Positions 33,883-42,564 of a stretch of DNA of 64,000 bases are shown piece by piece. The stretch lies in NCBI GenBank assembly GCA_964420415.1, contig CAYQTH010000001.1:5565-69564 (forward strand). Direction: 5' to 3'. Source of the DNA: an uncultured Macromonas sp. (lineage in GTDB: Bacteria; Pseudomonadota; Gammaproteobacteria; Burkholderiales; Burkholderiaceae_C). How positions within the stretch are numbered: position 1 is the stretch's first letter; each line of letters opens with the position of its first letter. The translations under genes were made by a program, and so were the position numbers. The notes under the pieces are model-generated. The model saw only the letters and a program-made list of their open reading frames with translations. It ran no database searches and had not been told where the DNA came from.

Positions 33883-35229
33883 ATGGGCGCTTCCCACCTA
33901 ACCCCCTTGCAGAACCAGGAAGTCCGTGACGACTGGGTCCCCAAAGAAGCCTACACCTCGCGGGAATTCCTCCGCCTCGAAAACGAGCGCATGTGGAACC
34001 GCGTCTGGCAAATCGCCTGCCGCCTGGAGGACATCCCCAACCCCGGCGACTACGTCACCTACGACGTGGCCAACTACTCAATCACGGTTATTCGCCAGAC
34101 GCCCGAGCGCATTCGCGCTTACCACAACGTCTGCCCGCACCGCGGCCGCCTGCTGACCGAAGGCGAAGGCACGCTCGCCAAGTTCTTCTTCTGCAAGTAC
34201 CACGGCTGGCGCTGGAATTTCGACGGTTCCCTGGCCTATGTGCAGGACAAAGACGACTGGCAGGACTGCGCGGAGTTCACCGACGACAACCTCAAGCTGC
34301 AAGAGGTGAAGGTCGACACCTGGGCGGGCTACGTCTTCGTCAACCCTGCCCCCGATGCCGAACCGCTGGCCAGCTTCCTTGACCCGGTGCCGCAGTACCT
34401 CGACCCGTTCGAGATCCAGCCCTGGCGCTACCGCTGGTACAAGTCGGTGGTGCTGCCCTGCAACTGGAAGACCGTGCTCGAGGCCTTCAACGAGGCTTAC
34501 CATGTGGCCACCACACACCCGCAGCTGCTGCAGCACATGGGGGACGACTACACCCTGAGCCATGCCAAGGGCAAGCACGGGATGTACGTCTATCCGCCGC
34601 GCGAACGTTGTTTCGGCACCCCGTCGCCGCGCACGCGCAAGCCCATGCCGGCCGATATCCGGCCCGGCATCATCCAGCACTGGACGGAACTCAACGAGAC
34701 CCTCAAGGCGATGTACACCGAGCGCTCCTTCGGCGCCGTCACCCGCCTCATGGAGCTTTCGGCCGATACGCCGATCCCGGAAACCTTTGCCAAGATGGTC
34801 GAATTCCAGAAGGAAGCCGCGGTACACGGCGGTGCGGGCTGGCCCGACATGGACCTGCAGGGCATGGTGGACGCCGGGACCAACTGGCACATCTTCCCCA
34901 ATCACGTCTTCCTGCCGCTTTTCGATGGCTCGATCAACTACCGTGCCCGGCCCTACGGTGACGACCCCAATATCTGTATCTTCGACATTTGGTCCCTGGT
35001 GCGCTACACCCCTGGCACCGAGCCCGTGATCAAGAAGGAGTTCTATCCGGACTGGAAGGAAAACACCGTGGACAACTTCGGTCTTATCCTCTCCCAGGAT
35101 TTCCAGAACCTGGAGCAGGTGCAAAAGGGCATGAACTCCCCCGCCTTCAAGGGCGCGCGGGTGAATCCGCGGCAGGAGAGCGAAATCTCCAACATGCACC
35201 GGGTGCTGCGCCGCTATCTTTTTGATTGA
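33883..35229 (+). CDS. Rieske non-heme-iron oxygenase, alpha subunit (third, more distant paralog)
   Basis: CPHRGRLL...CKYHGWRW and NWKTVLEAFNEAYHVATTHP. The start was moved from the listed 33763 to ATG 33883, and the N-terminus then aligns with the other two Rieske proteins. Confidence 0.9.
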   Translation: MGASHLTPLQNQEVRDDWVPKEAYTSREFLRLENERMWNRVWQIACRLEDIPNPGDYVTYDVANYSITVIRQTPERIRAYHNVCPHRGRLLTEGEGTLAKFFFCKYHGWRWNFDGSLAYVQDKDDWQDCAEFTDDNLKLQEVKVDTWAGYVFVNPAPDAEPLASFLDPVPQYLDPFEIQPWRYRWYKSVVLPCNWKTVLEAFNEAYHVATTHPQLLQHMGDDYTLSHAKGKHGMYVYPPRERCFGTPSPRTRKPMPADIRPGIIQHWTELNETLKAMYTERSFGAVTRLMELSADTPIPETFAKMVEFQKEAAVHGGAGWPDMDLQGMVDAGTNWHIFPNHVFLPLFDGSINYRARPYGDDPNICIFDIWSLVRYTPGTEPVIKKEFYPDWKENTVDNFGLILSQDFQNLEQVQKGMNSPAFKGARVNPRQESEISNMHRVLRRYLFD

Positions 35230-35250
35230 ACACCTAACTGCCATGTTGCT

Positions 35251-38200
35251 GTGACGTCCGCTGATCCGACCGACTACGCCCTCGACGACCGCTACACCCG
35301 CGACAGCGGGCGGGTCTATCTGAATGGCATGCAGGCGCTGGTGCGCCTGCTGCTGGCCCAGCACCGGCGCGACCGGGCGGCCGGGCTGAACACGGCCGGC
35401 TATGTTTCCGGCTACCGCGGCTCGCCCATCGGCACGCTGGACCTCGCGCTGTGGCAGGCCCAGGCCCATCTCGACGCGCACCAGGTGCGCTTCGAACCCG
35501 GCCTCAACGAAGACCTTGCCGCCACCATGATCCAGGGCAGCCAGCAGGCCAGCCTGCTGGAACCGCTCCAGGACGGCGTTTTCGGTCGCTGGTACGGCAA
35601 GGGGCCAGGGGTTGACCGCTCTTGCGATGCGTTGAAGCATGCCAACTACCACGGCGTCTCGCGCCACGGCGGTGTGTTGGTGGTGGCGGGGGACGACCCT
35701 GGCGCCAAGTCCTCGTCGCTGCCCCACCAGAGCGAGGCCGCTTTGGCCCACTGTGGCATCCCCGTGCTGGCCCCGGCCAACCTGCAGGAACTGCTCGATT
35801 ACGGCCACTTCGGTTGGGCCCTGTCGCGCTACAGCGGCGCCTGGGTCGGGCTCAAATGCGTCACCGATCTGCTCGACGCCTCCGCCTCGGTGGCCGTGGA
35901 CCGCGACCGGGTGCAGCCGGTGCTGCCCGAGGAACCCGACGCGTCCGCTGACCTCGCCAACCCCGTCGCCACCGACCGCTGGATCCGCTTCGGTGTGCCG
36001 CCCCTGCAACTGGAGCAACGGGCAGTGCAGTTGCGCCTGCCTGCTGTCCGCCGCTTCGTCCGCGCCAACGGCCTGGACCGCATCGTCCTCGGCCCACACG
36101 GGGCGGCGCAGGGTGCGCGGCTGGGCATCGTTTGCGCCGGCAAGACCAGTGGCGACGTGCTGCAGGCTCTGGCGGCCCTGGGCATTGATGGAACCGAAGC
36201 CATGCGGCTTGGCCTCGCCGTTTACAAGCCAGCCCTGGTCTGGCCGCTGGAAACCGAGAGCCTGCGCACGTTTGCCAACGGTCTGACGCGCGTGCTGGTG
36301 GTGGAAGAGAAGCGCCCGTTGCTTGAAGAACAAGTGGCAGCCGCCCTCTACGGTCTTCCGCAGTTCCCGACAATCGATGGCAAGCGCGATCAGGCCGGGG
36401 CCGAGCTGGTGCCGGACGCGGGCGAACTGACGCCCGACCTGCTGCTGCCGCTGCTGGCCCGCTGGCTGGGGCGGACTGCTTGTTCGTCCCGTGCAGTGGC
36501 CAGCACCGCGCCCGCGCCTTTGATGCGCCTGCCCGCTTTCTGCGCTGGCTGCCCGCACAACACCTCCACCCGCGTGCCGGAAGGCAGCCGCGCCCTGGCG
36601 GGCATCGGTTGCCACGGCATGGCGGTGATGCTGCCCGACCGTCCCACCCTGGCCTGGACCCACATGGGCGCTGAAGGCAGCAACTGGATCGGCATTTCGG
36701 CATTTTCGAAGCAGAAGCACGTCTTCCAGAACATGGGCGACGGCACCTACACCCACTCTGGGTTGCTGGCGATCCGCGCCGCCGTGGCGGCGAAGACGGC
36801 GATCACCTACAAGATCCTCATCAACGGAGCCATCGCCATGACCGGCGGCCAGCCCATCGAAGGTCATCCGAGCCTCGATGTGGACGGAATCGCTGAAGAC
36901 ATCGTCGCCCAGCTGGTGGCCGAAGGCGTGACGCAGGTGGTGGTGGTCAGCGACGACCCGCAACGCTTCGCCGCCGCGCACCTGCCCGCCGGGGTCACGG
37001 TGGAACACCGCGACCGGCTCGACAGCCTCCAGCGCCGCTTGCGTGAGGTGCCCGCCGTTACCGCCATCCTCTACGACCAGGTTTGTGCGGCGGAAAAGCG
37101 CCGCCTCGGCAAGCGCGGGCAACGGGCGGAAACCGCCGCTGACCGGCGCCGCCTGTTCATCAACGAAGCCGTCTGCGACGGCTGCGGCGATTGCGGCACC
37201 CAGTCCAATTGCATAGCCATCGAGCCGGTGGAAACGCCCCTCGGCCGCAAGCGGCGCATCAACCAGGACGCCTGCAATACCGACCACTCCTGCCTGAAGG
37301 GCTTCTGTCCCAGTTTCGCCGTGCTCGACGATGCCCGCCTGCGCCCGCGTGCCGCGCGCATCGAACCGCTGCGGGCGCACTTCGCCACACTGCCGGAACT
37401 GGCTGTGGGCACTGCGGCGACAACGACGCGCATCCTCGTCACTGGCATCGGAGGCGCCGGCGTCGTCACTGTGGCGGCGTTGCTGGGCATGGCCGCCCAT
37501 CTGGAAGGCCGTGTCTGTCAGGTGCTTGACCAGACCGGCGCGGCGCAGAAGAACGGTGCCGTCACCAGCCATGTGCAGTTTGCTGCTGGTGCCGAAGCCT
37601 TGCACGCCAGCCGCATTGGCGACGGTGCCGCCGACCTGGTGATCGGTTGCGACATCGTCGGCGCCAGCACGGCCGATGCGCTGCGCCGCATGGCGCCGGG
37701 GCGCACCGTGGCGGTGGTCAACGCCCACGTGGCGCCTACCGCCGATTTCGCCCGCCTGCCCGATCTGGCCCTCGATGCGGAGCCCTTCGAACAGGCCCTG
37801 CGCGAGCGCCTCGGCACGGCGCAGGTGCTTGCGGTGGATGCCCTCGACCTGGCGCGTACGCTGCTCGGCCGCGACGTCTTCGCCAACCTGATCCTGCTCG
37901 GCATGGCGTTGCAGCGCGGCCTGCTCGGCGTTTCCGCCGCCGCCCTGGAGCGGGCCATCGTCCTCAACGGCAGCCAGGTGCGCAGCAATCTCGACGCTCT
38001 GGCCCTGGGTCGCCTCTACGTCCATGACCCGGCGGCGGTCCAGACGCAATGGCAGGCCACGACCGACGGCGAAAGCGCCGCCGCCGGAGCGGTGGACGAC
38101 TGGCGCGCGCTGATGGAACGCAACGCTGGGCGGCTCACTGCTTATCAGAACGCTGCTTACGCGGCGCGCTACCGGGTTGTTGTCGAACGGGTCGCTGCGC

Positions 38201-38760
38201 GGGAAACGGCTGCCACTGGCACCGCTGGACCCTTGGCGCTGACCGTGGCGCGTAACCTCCACGCGCTGATGGCCTACAAGGACGAATACGAAGTTGCCCG
38301 CCTCTGGAGCGATCCGGCTTGGCGCCGCCAGCTCGATGACACCTTCGAGCCCGGTTACCGTTTGCGCCTCAGCCTGGCGCCCCAGGGGGCCTGGTTCGCC
38401 GCCGCAACGGCACCCCTGGCCAAGCAACCCGTTGAGCGCCCGGTCAAACGCCTGTTCGGTCGCTGGGTTTTTCCGCTGCTGCGCGTTCTCGCCGCTTGCC
38501 GCAGCCTGCGCGGTGGCCCGCTCGACCTGTTCGGCCACAATGCCCACCGCCGCCGCGAGCGGGCGCTGATCGGTGAGTACGAGGCGGCGCTGGACGCCGT
38601 TCTTGCGGGCCTGACGCCGACGCGGCTCGACGCGGCCCTGGCCATTGCCTGCCTGCCGGAAGGCATCCGTGGCTATGGGGTCAAGGAACAACGCATTGCC
38701 GACGCGCGACAGCGGCAGCGTGAACTGCTCGCCGCATACGGCCAGTCAATGGTGCCTTAG
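35251..38760 (+). CDS. indolepyruvate:ferredoxin oxidoreductase family protein (fused alpha/beta, 2-oxoacid:ferredoxin oxidoreductase)
   Basis: The 1169-aa ORF has YALDDRYT...VYLNGMQALVRL and GYRGSPIG. It has the TPP motif GDGTYTHSG. Cys clusters are CAGCPHN and CDGCGDCGTQSNC. The C-terminal IorB-like part has VTGIGGAGVVT. The start is GTG, since the next in-frame ATG would delete conserved residues. Confidence 0.88.
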   Translation: MTSADPTDYALDDRYTRDSGRVYLNGMQALVRLLLAQHRRDRAAGLNTAGYVSGYRGSPIGTLDLALWQAQAHLDAHQVRFEPGLNEDLAATMIQGSQQASLLEPLQDGVFGRWYGKGPGVDRSCDALKHANYHGVSRHGGVLVVAGDDPGAKSSSLPHQSEAALAHCGIPVLAPANLQELLDYGHFGWALSRYSGAWVGLKCVTDLLDASASVAVDRDRVQPVLPEEPDASADLANPVATDRWIRFGVPPLQLEQRAVQLRLPAVRRFVRANGLDRIVLGPHGAAQGARLGIVCAGKTSGDVLQALAALGIDGTEAMRLGLAVYKPALVWPLETESLRTFANGLTRVLVVEEKRPLLEEQVAAALYGLPQFPTIDGKRDQAGAELVPDAGELTPDLLLPLLARWLGRTACSSRAVASTAPAPLMRLPAFCAGCPHNTSTRVPEGSRALAGIGCHGMAVMLPDRPTLAWTHMGAEGSNWIGISAFSKQKHVFQNMGDGTYTHSGLLAIRAAVAAKTAITYKILINGAIAMTGGQPIEGHPSLDVDGIAEDIVAQLVAEGVTQVVVVSDDPQRFAAAHLPAGVTVEHRDRLDSLQRRLREVPAVTAILYDQVCAAEKRRLGKRGQRAETAADRRRLFINEAVCDGCGDCGTQSNCIAIEPVETPLGRKRRINQDACNTDHSCLKGFCPSFAVLDDARLRPRAARIEPLRAHFATLPELAVGTAATTTRILVTGIGGAGVVTVAALLGMAAHLEGRVCQVLDQTGAAQKNGAVTSHVQFAAGAEALHASRIGDGAADLVIGCDIVGASTADALRRMAPGRTVAVVNAHVAPTADFARLPDLALDAEPFEQALRERLGTAQVLAVDALDLARTLLGRDVFANLILLGMALQRGLLGVSAAALERAIVLNGSQVRSNLDALALGRLYVHDPAAVQTQWQATTDGESAAAGAVDDWRALMERNAGRLTAYQNAAYAARYRVVVERVAARETAATGTAGPLALTVARNLHALMAYKDEYEVARLWSDPAWRRQLDDTFEPGYRLRLSLAPQGAWFAAATAPLAKQPVERPVKRLFGRWVFPLLRVLAACRSLRGGPLDLFGHNAHRRRERALIGEYEAALDAVLAGLTPTRLDAALAIACLPEGIRGYGVKEQRIADARQRQRELLAAYGQSMVP

Positions 38761-38761
38761 T

Positions 38762-39943
38762 TCAATAGGTCTCGATATGCAAGCGTGACTGGGACTTCAT
38801 GGATTCCTGCACGCTGGCCCAATCCATACCGTTTTCGCGGCAAATGTCTTCAAAAGCCGCCACGATGCCTGCTTCCATGCCCTTCAGCCCACAAACGTAA
38901 ATGTAGGTTTCGGGGTTGGTCAGCATCTTGGCCACTTCGCTGCCCTTGACTCGAATGGCATCCTGAACGTACTGCTTGGGCTGACCCGCCACACGGGAGA
39001 ACGCCAGATTCAGGTCCAGCAGCCCGGCGGGCAGGGCTTGCAGGTCGTCGTGGTAAGGCAGTTCGGCAGGGGTGCGGCCACCGTAGAACAACACCATCTT
39101 GGCGTCCGGGGCGGTCTGGCCAGTGCGGCGGCGGCGTTCGATCATGGCCCGCATGGGGGCGATGCCTGTGCCGGTGCAGATCATCATGATCGACGCTTCG
39201 GGGTGGTTGGGCATGAGGTAGTTGGCGCCAAAAGGTCCCACCACCTTCACTTGTTCGCCAGGTGCCAGGTCGCACAGGTAATTCGAACACACCCCGCGCG
39301 CGGGTTTGCCTTCGTGGTCTTCGAGCACCCGCTTGACCGTGAGTGCCACCAGGTTGCGTCCCGGCTCTTCGCCGTCGCGTGCGCTGGCGATGGAGTACAC
39401 CCGCATCTGGTACGGCGCGCCGCTGGCATCGTTGCCGGGCGGCAGTACGCCCACGGACTGGCCTTCCAGCACGGGGTAGTTGGCCGAACCGAAATCGAGC
39501 ACGATATGACGGATGTCGCTGCCTGCATCAGCCGCCGTGACGCGCTGGTTGACCGCCAGCGTAGCGGTGACCGGCGCTTGCGCTGTGTAGAGCCCCACGG
39601 ACGGGGTAGCCGCCGAAGCCGGTGCACCATGGGTCGGCTGACTGGCTTCGCCATCGGGCATGTTTGCGCCTTCGGGCAGCGGGCCTTGCTCGGGCAGTGC
39701 TGACCAGCTGAATTGGTCTTCGATGGTGTACAGCTGGTCGCTGGGAACCAGGCGCCAGTTGTCCACCGACCCCGTGGGGCAGTTGGCCACGCACTCCATG
39801 CAGGCGTTGCATTTTTCCATTTCAACGACGTAGTTGTTGGCGTCGTGGGTGATGGCCCCTTTCGTGCAGGATTCCTCGCAGGTGTTGCAGCGGATGCAGA
39901 GTTCCGGGTCGATAAGGTGCTGGCGGATAACAGTGGTAGACAT
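38762..39943 (-). CDS. 2x[4Fe-4S] ferredoxin - ferredoxin:NADP reductase fusion (BoxA-like)
   Basis: The N-terminus has CIRCNTCEESC and CNACMECVANCP. The FNR module has RVYSIAS (RxYS) and GTGIAPMRAM. The overall layout and the HLIDPELCIRCNTCE N-terminus recall benzoyl-CoA oxygenase component A. Confidence 0.85.
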   Translation of the reverse strand: MSTTVIRQHLIDPELCIRCNTCEESCTKGAITHDANNYVVEMEKCNACMECVANCPTGSVDNWRLVPSDQLYTIEDQFSWSALPEQGPLPEGANMPDGEASQPTHGAPASAATPSVGLYTAQAPVTATLAVNQRVTAADAGSDIRHIVLDFGSANYPVLEGQSVGVLPPGNDASGAPYQMRVYSIASARDGEEPGRNLVALTVKRVLEDHEGKPARGVCSNYLCDLAPGEQVKVVGPFGANYLMPNHPEASIMMICTGTGIAPMRAMIERRRRTGQTAPDAKMVLFYGGRTPAELPYHDDLQALPAGLLDLNLAFSRVAGQPKQYVQDAIRVKGSEVAKMLTNPETYIYVCGLKGMEAGIVAAFEDICRENGMDWASVQESMKSQSRLHIETY

Positions 39944-39960
39944 AAGCGTACTGATAGGGG

Positions 39961-40839
39961 TCAGGTGCGTGAGGGTGTCGTGTTGGACACAACCTTAGGC
40001 GAACGGTTCAAAAACAGCGTGGCAATGCCACTGCCAATGATCAACGGAATTCCGATCCACGCTTCACCGGCAGGCACATCGCGCCAGATCAGGTAGCCAA
40101 TGAGGGTGGAAAAGAGCACTTGCGAATAACCCAGACTGGACGACACCAGTGCGTTGCCTCGCTGGTAGGAGTGTGTCAGAGAAATCTGTCCGATGGTAGC
40201 CAAAACCCCTACGCCGAGCAGCAGCCAGAGGGCGGAGGGTTCTATGCCCCGCCAGGGCGAGGTGGACAAATACCATGGAAAGGTGAACACGGCCGTGAAC
40301 AGCGTGAAGTAAAACACCGTGCGCCAGGCGGACTCGCCCAATTCGCCCAGCCGCCGCATGCTCAGTACCGACAAGGCGGAGGTGACCGCTGAGCCCAGGG
40401 CCAGAGCCACGCCAACCCATTGATCCGGCGATGCCGTGGGGTGGAGCAGCAAAACAATGCCGGCGAATCCGGCAATGAGCGCGGCCAGGGTGGCCCGGTT
40501 CAACTGCCATGAGCCCATGACCAGCATCAATAATGCGACGAACAGTGTGGAGGAGTAGTTCAGCGTGACCGTGGTGGCCAGCGGCAGCATCGTCAAGGCA
40601 GAAAAATAAGCGACGAATGACCCCGCGCCCGTCAGGCTGCGTTGCAAATGGCTGCGCCAGTGGGGTGTTGCCACCGGGATGCCACGCCAGCGCAGCACAA
40701 GGTACAACACGGCCAACGAAACGACACAGCGGTAGAAAATGACCTGTGCGACGGGTTCCCCTTGCTCCATGGCCAACTTGGCCGTTGCCGTCATCAGGGC
40801 AAAAGCCAGGCTGGCCACGATCATCCAAAGGGAACTCAT
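39961..40839 (-). CDS. EamA/DMT-family transporter
   Basis: 292 aa with ~10 hydrophobic segments arranged as two EamA-like halves. Its stop lies 17 nt upstream of the BoxA-like gene's start on the same strand. Confidence 0.8.
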   Translation of the reverse strand: MSSLWMIVASLAFALMTATAKLAMEQGEPVAQVIFYRCVVSLAVLYLVLRWRGIPVATPHWRSHLQRSLTGAGSFVAYFSALTMLPLATTVTLNYSSTLFVALLMLVMGSWQLNRATLAALIAGFAGIVLLLHPTASPDQWVGVALALGSAVTSALSVLSMRRLGELGESAWRTVFYFTLFTAVFTFPWYLSTSPWRGIEPSALWLLLGVGVLATIGQISLTHSYQRGNALVSSSLGYSQVLFSTLIGYLIWRDVPAGEAWIGIPLIIGSGIATLFLNRSPKVVSNTTPSRT

Positions 40840-41007
40840 ACTGGCGGCGAATCCATCAAGTGGGAACTGGAGCGGACATGCCGCATGCGGACGTCAAAAA
40901 CTGTACGTTTGTACAACAGATTCAATTTTTGAAGTATACAGGGCTGAACGCTGTTCAGATAATGGATCTCAACAGATGAGTGCAACGACTTTGCGCTAAA
41001 TCAAGTC

Positions 41008-42519
41008 TCAGGTCGGTGTCAGGGGTTCGACGAGGTCACGCACGATGTCGTCCGACTGTTCCAGGTGGAACAGGCAATCCAGCAACCGATCAACGGTTTG
41101 CTCGCTTACAGGGCAGGCCGCATAAGGTGCCAGGGCATGCAGCCGTTCGCGCCATTCAGCGTCGGTCAACGGCATGGTCGGGGTGCCTTTGCAGTCGTTG
41201 CACAGGATGGCGAATTCCCGGCCATCATGCAGGCGCACCGTGATGTGGGCATCCAAAGTGCCGATGGCGGGGTCCATTTCGGCCGTGACGTTGGCGACCA
41301 GCCGCCGAATGTCCTCGCGGGCGCGCACCGGGGGTTTGAAACCGTCGATCATGAAGCGGCCCTCGAAGGCGACCACGCTCATCACGTAAGGCAGGCTGAA
41401 CTGGGCGTTCTGGTCCGACTGCGGGTTCCACTTGGCTTCCACCGGGCGGCAGCAAAGCTCCAGGGTGTTGAGCGACACCCGTGCATGGATGGCGGCGATG
41501 TCCTGGCCTGTGAAACCGTGTTTCTCTTGCAGCAACAGGATGGCCGTGGCCGCGTTGTGCGTGGCCTTGCAGGCCGAAAACGGTTTGATGCAGGTCTGGG
41601 TGAAGAACCAGGCCGAGCCCAGGTCCTGGGTCAGCAGTTCCGGTTTCACCGGCCAGAGGCCGCGGCTGAGCGCGAACAGGAAGCCCCGGTAACCTAGCAT
41701 GGCGTCGTGCGGGCCGTTGATCCCGCGCAGCGCCAGGCGGCAGACGTCGATGGCGTTTTTGGCCACGAAACCATGGTGCACGCGCACCATGTGGCTGGCG
41801 GGCGACATGGACTTCATGTCGTGCGTTTGGCTCATGCAACGCGCCATGCCAAAGGCATTGACCGTCTGTGCGACCGTCAGTTTCAGGAGCCGGGCCGCAG
41901 CGGCCACGGCGCCGAAGATGAACCAGCCACCCTGGTCGAAGTTGCCCGGCAGGCCCAGGATTTTTCCAGAGGCGGTGTTGTTGGCCGCAGCGCCAATGCG
42001 CACCAGCACTTCGGTGCTGATGGCAAAGGCGGTGATGAATTCCTTGCCGTCCACGCGCGGACAGGCACCGGCCACGGCCAGCAGGGTGGGCAACGTGTAT
42101 TCGGCCGTGTGACCAATGACCGAGAAACCGTACTTCGCCCAGCCCAGGTGCACGTCGCCCATGTCCAGCGCGCGGGACATGGACGCCAAGGCCAGTGCCA
42201 CCGAGGAAGCAGGGAATTTGCCGCCGTAGAAGGGCAGGTGCGATTCCTCCTTGCCCCCCATTTCTTTGACGTAATCCACCAACTCGGGCATGGCCTCTTG
42301 TGCCGAGCCGCCTATGGTCACAGCCAGGGTGTCGATGGCCAGGCGCTTGGCGAACTCCACCGCCTGGAGCGACAAATCTTCAAAGCGGGTCTCGACCACG
42401 AATCGAGCCAGGGTTTCCATTGGTTCGTCCTGGCCTGGCAGCCTGGGAATATGCAGGGTCAGACCAGGGATGTCTGCCGCCTGGACGGTGGCGGGTTCAA
42501 GACTCGATTCGTAGGCCAT
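41008..42519 (-). CDS. MmgE/PrpD-family protein (2-methylcitrate dehydratase superfamily)
   Basis: LARFVVETRFEDLSLQAVEFAKRLAIDTLAVTIGG is a typical family N-terminus. An alternative start 33 codons downstream (METLARF, 42420) cannot be excluded. Confidence 0.85.
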   Translation of the reverse strand: MAYESSLEPATVQAADIPGLTLHIPRLPGQDEPMETLARFVVETRFEDLSLQAVEFAKRLAIDTLAVTIGGSAQEAMPELVDYVKEMGGKEESHLPFYGGKFPASSVALALASMSRALDMGDVHLGWAKYGFSVIGHTAEYTLPTLLAVAGACPRVDGKEFITAFAISTEVLVRIGAAANNTASGKILGLPGNFDQGGWFIFGAVAAAARLLKLTVAQTVNAFGMARCMSQTHDMKSMSPASHMVRVHHGFVAKNAIDVCRLALRGINGPHDAMLGYRGFLFALSRGLWPVKPELLTQDLGSAWFFTQTCIKPFSACKATHNAATAILLLQEKHGFTGQDIAAIHARVSLNTLELCCRPVEAKWNPQSDQNAQFSLPYVMSVVAFEGRFMIDGFKPPVRAREDIRRLVANVTAEMDPAIGTLDAHITVRLHDGREFAILCNDCKGTPTMPLTDAEWRERLHALAPYAACPVSEQTVDRLLDCLFHLEQSDDIVRDLVEPLTPT

Positions 42520-42564
42520 GGCTTGTCTCTTTCTTTGAAGTCTTACGGTGAAAGGATGGTGGCG

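Noticed and set aside
34078-38691. 1537-aa ORF on the minus strand, the longest in the track
   Set aside because: It is antisense to the Rieske oxygenase and IOR genes. The composition is Arg/Gly/Ala-dominated with no motifs. It is a GC-driven stop-codon-free shadow frame.
38762-39943. Possibility that the window carries the aerobic benzoyl-CoA (box) pathway because of the BoxA-like gene
   Set aside because: No BoxB (di-iron epoxidase) or BoxC (crotonase-type ring-cleaving enzyme) candidate is adjacent. The neighbouring genes are an EamA transporter and a convergent IOR. It is therefore treated as an orphan reductase and not as a box cluster.
40840-41007. Possible regulatory or small-RNA element in the 168-nt gap between the PrpD-family and EamA genes (CTGAAC-gct-GTTCAG hairpin, TGTAC-gtt-TGTACA)
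   Set aside because: The stems are short (5-6 bp) with no U-tract and no conservation evidence available. This cannot be distinguished from chance in an AT-richer spacer, so it was not reported as a feature.
41008-42519. Annotating the MmgE/PrpD protein as 2-methylcitrate dehydratase or a propionate-catabolism locus
   Set aside because: No methylcitrate synthase (PrpC), methylisocitrate lyase (PrpB) or PrpE/AcnD genes are present. The family is functionally diverse, so only the family-level call is supported.
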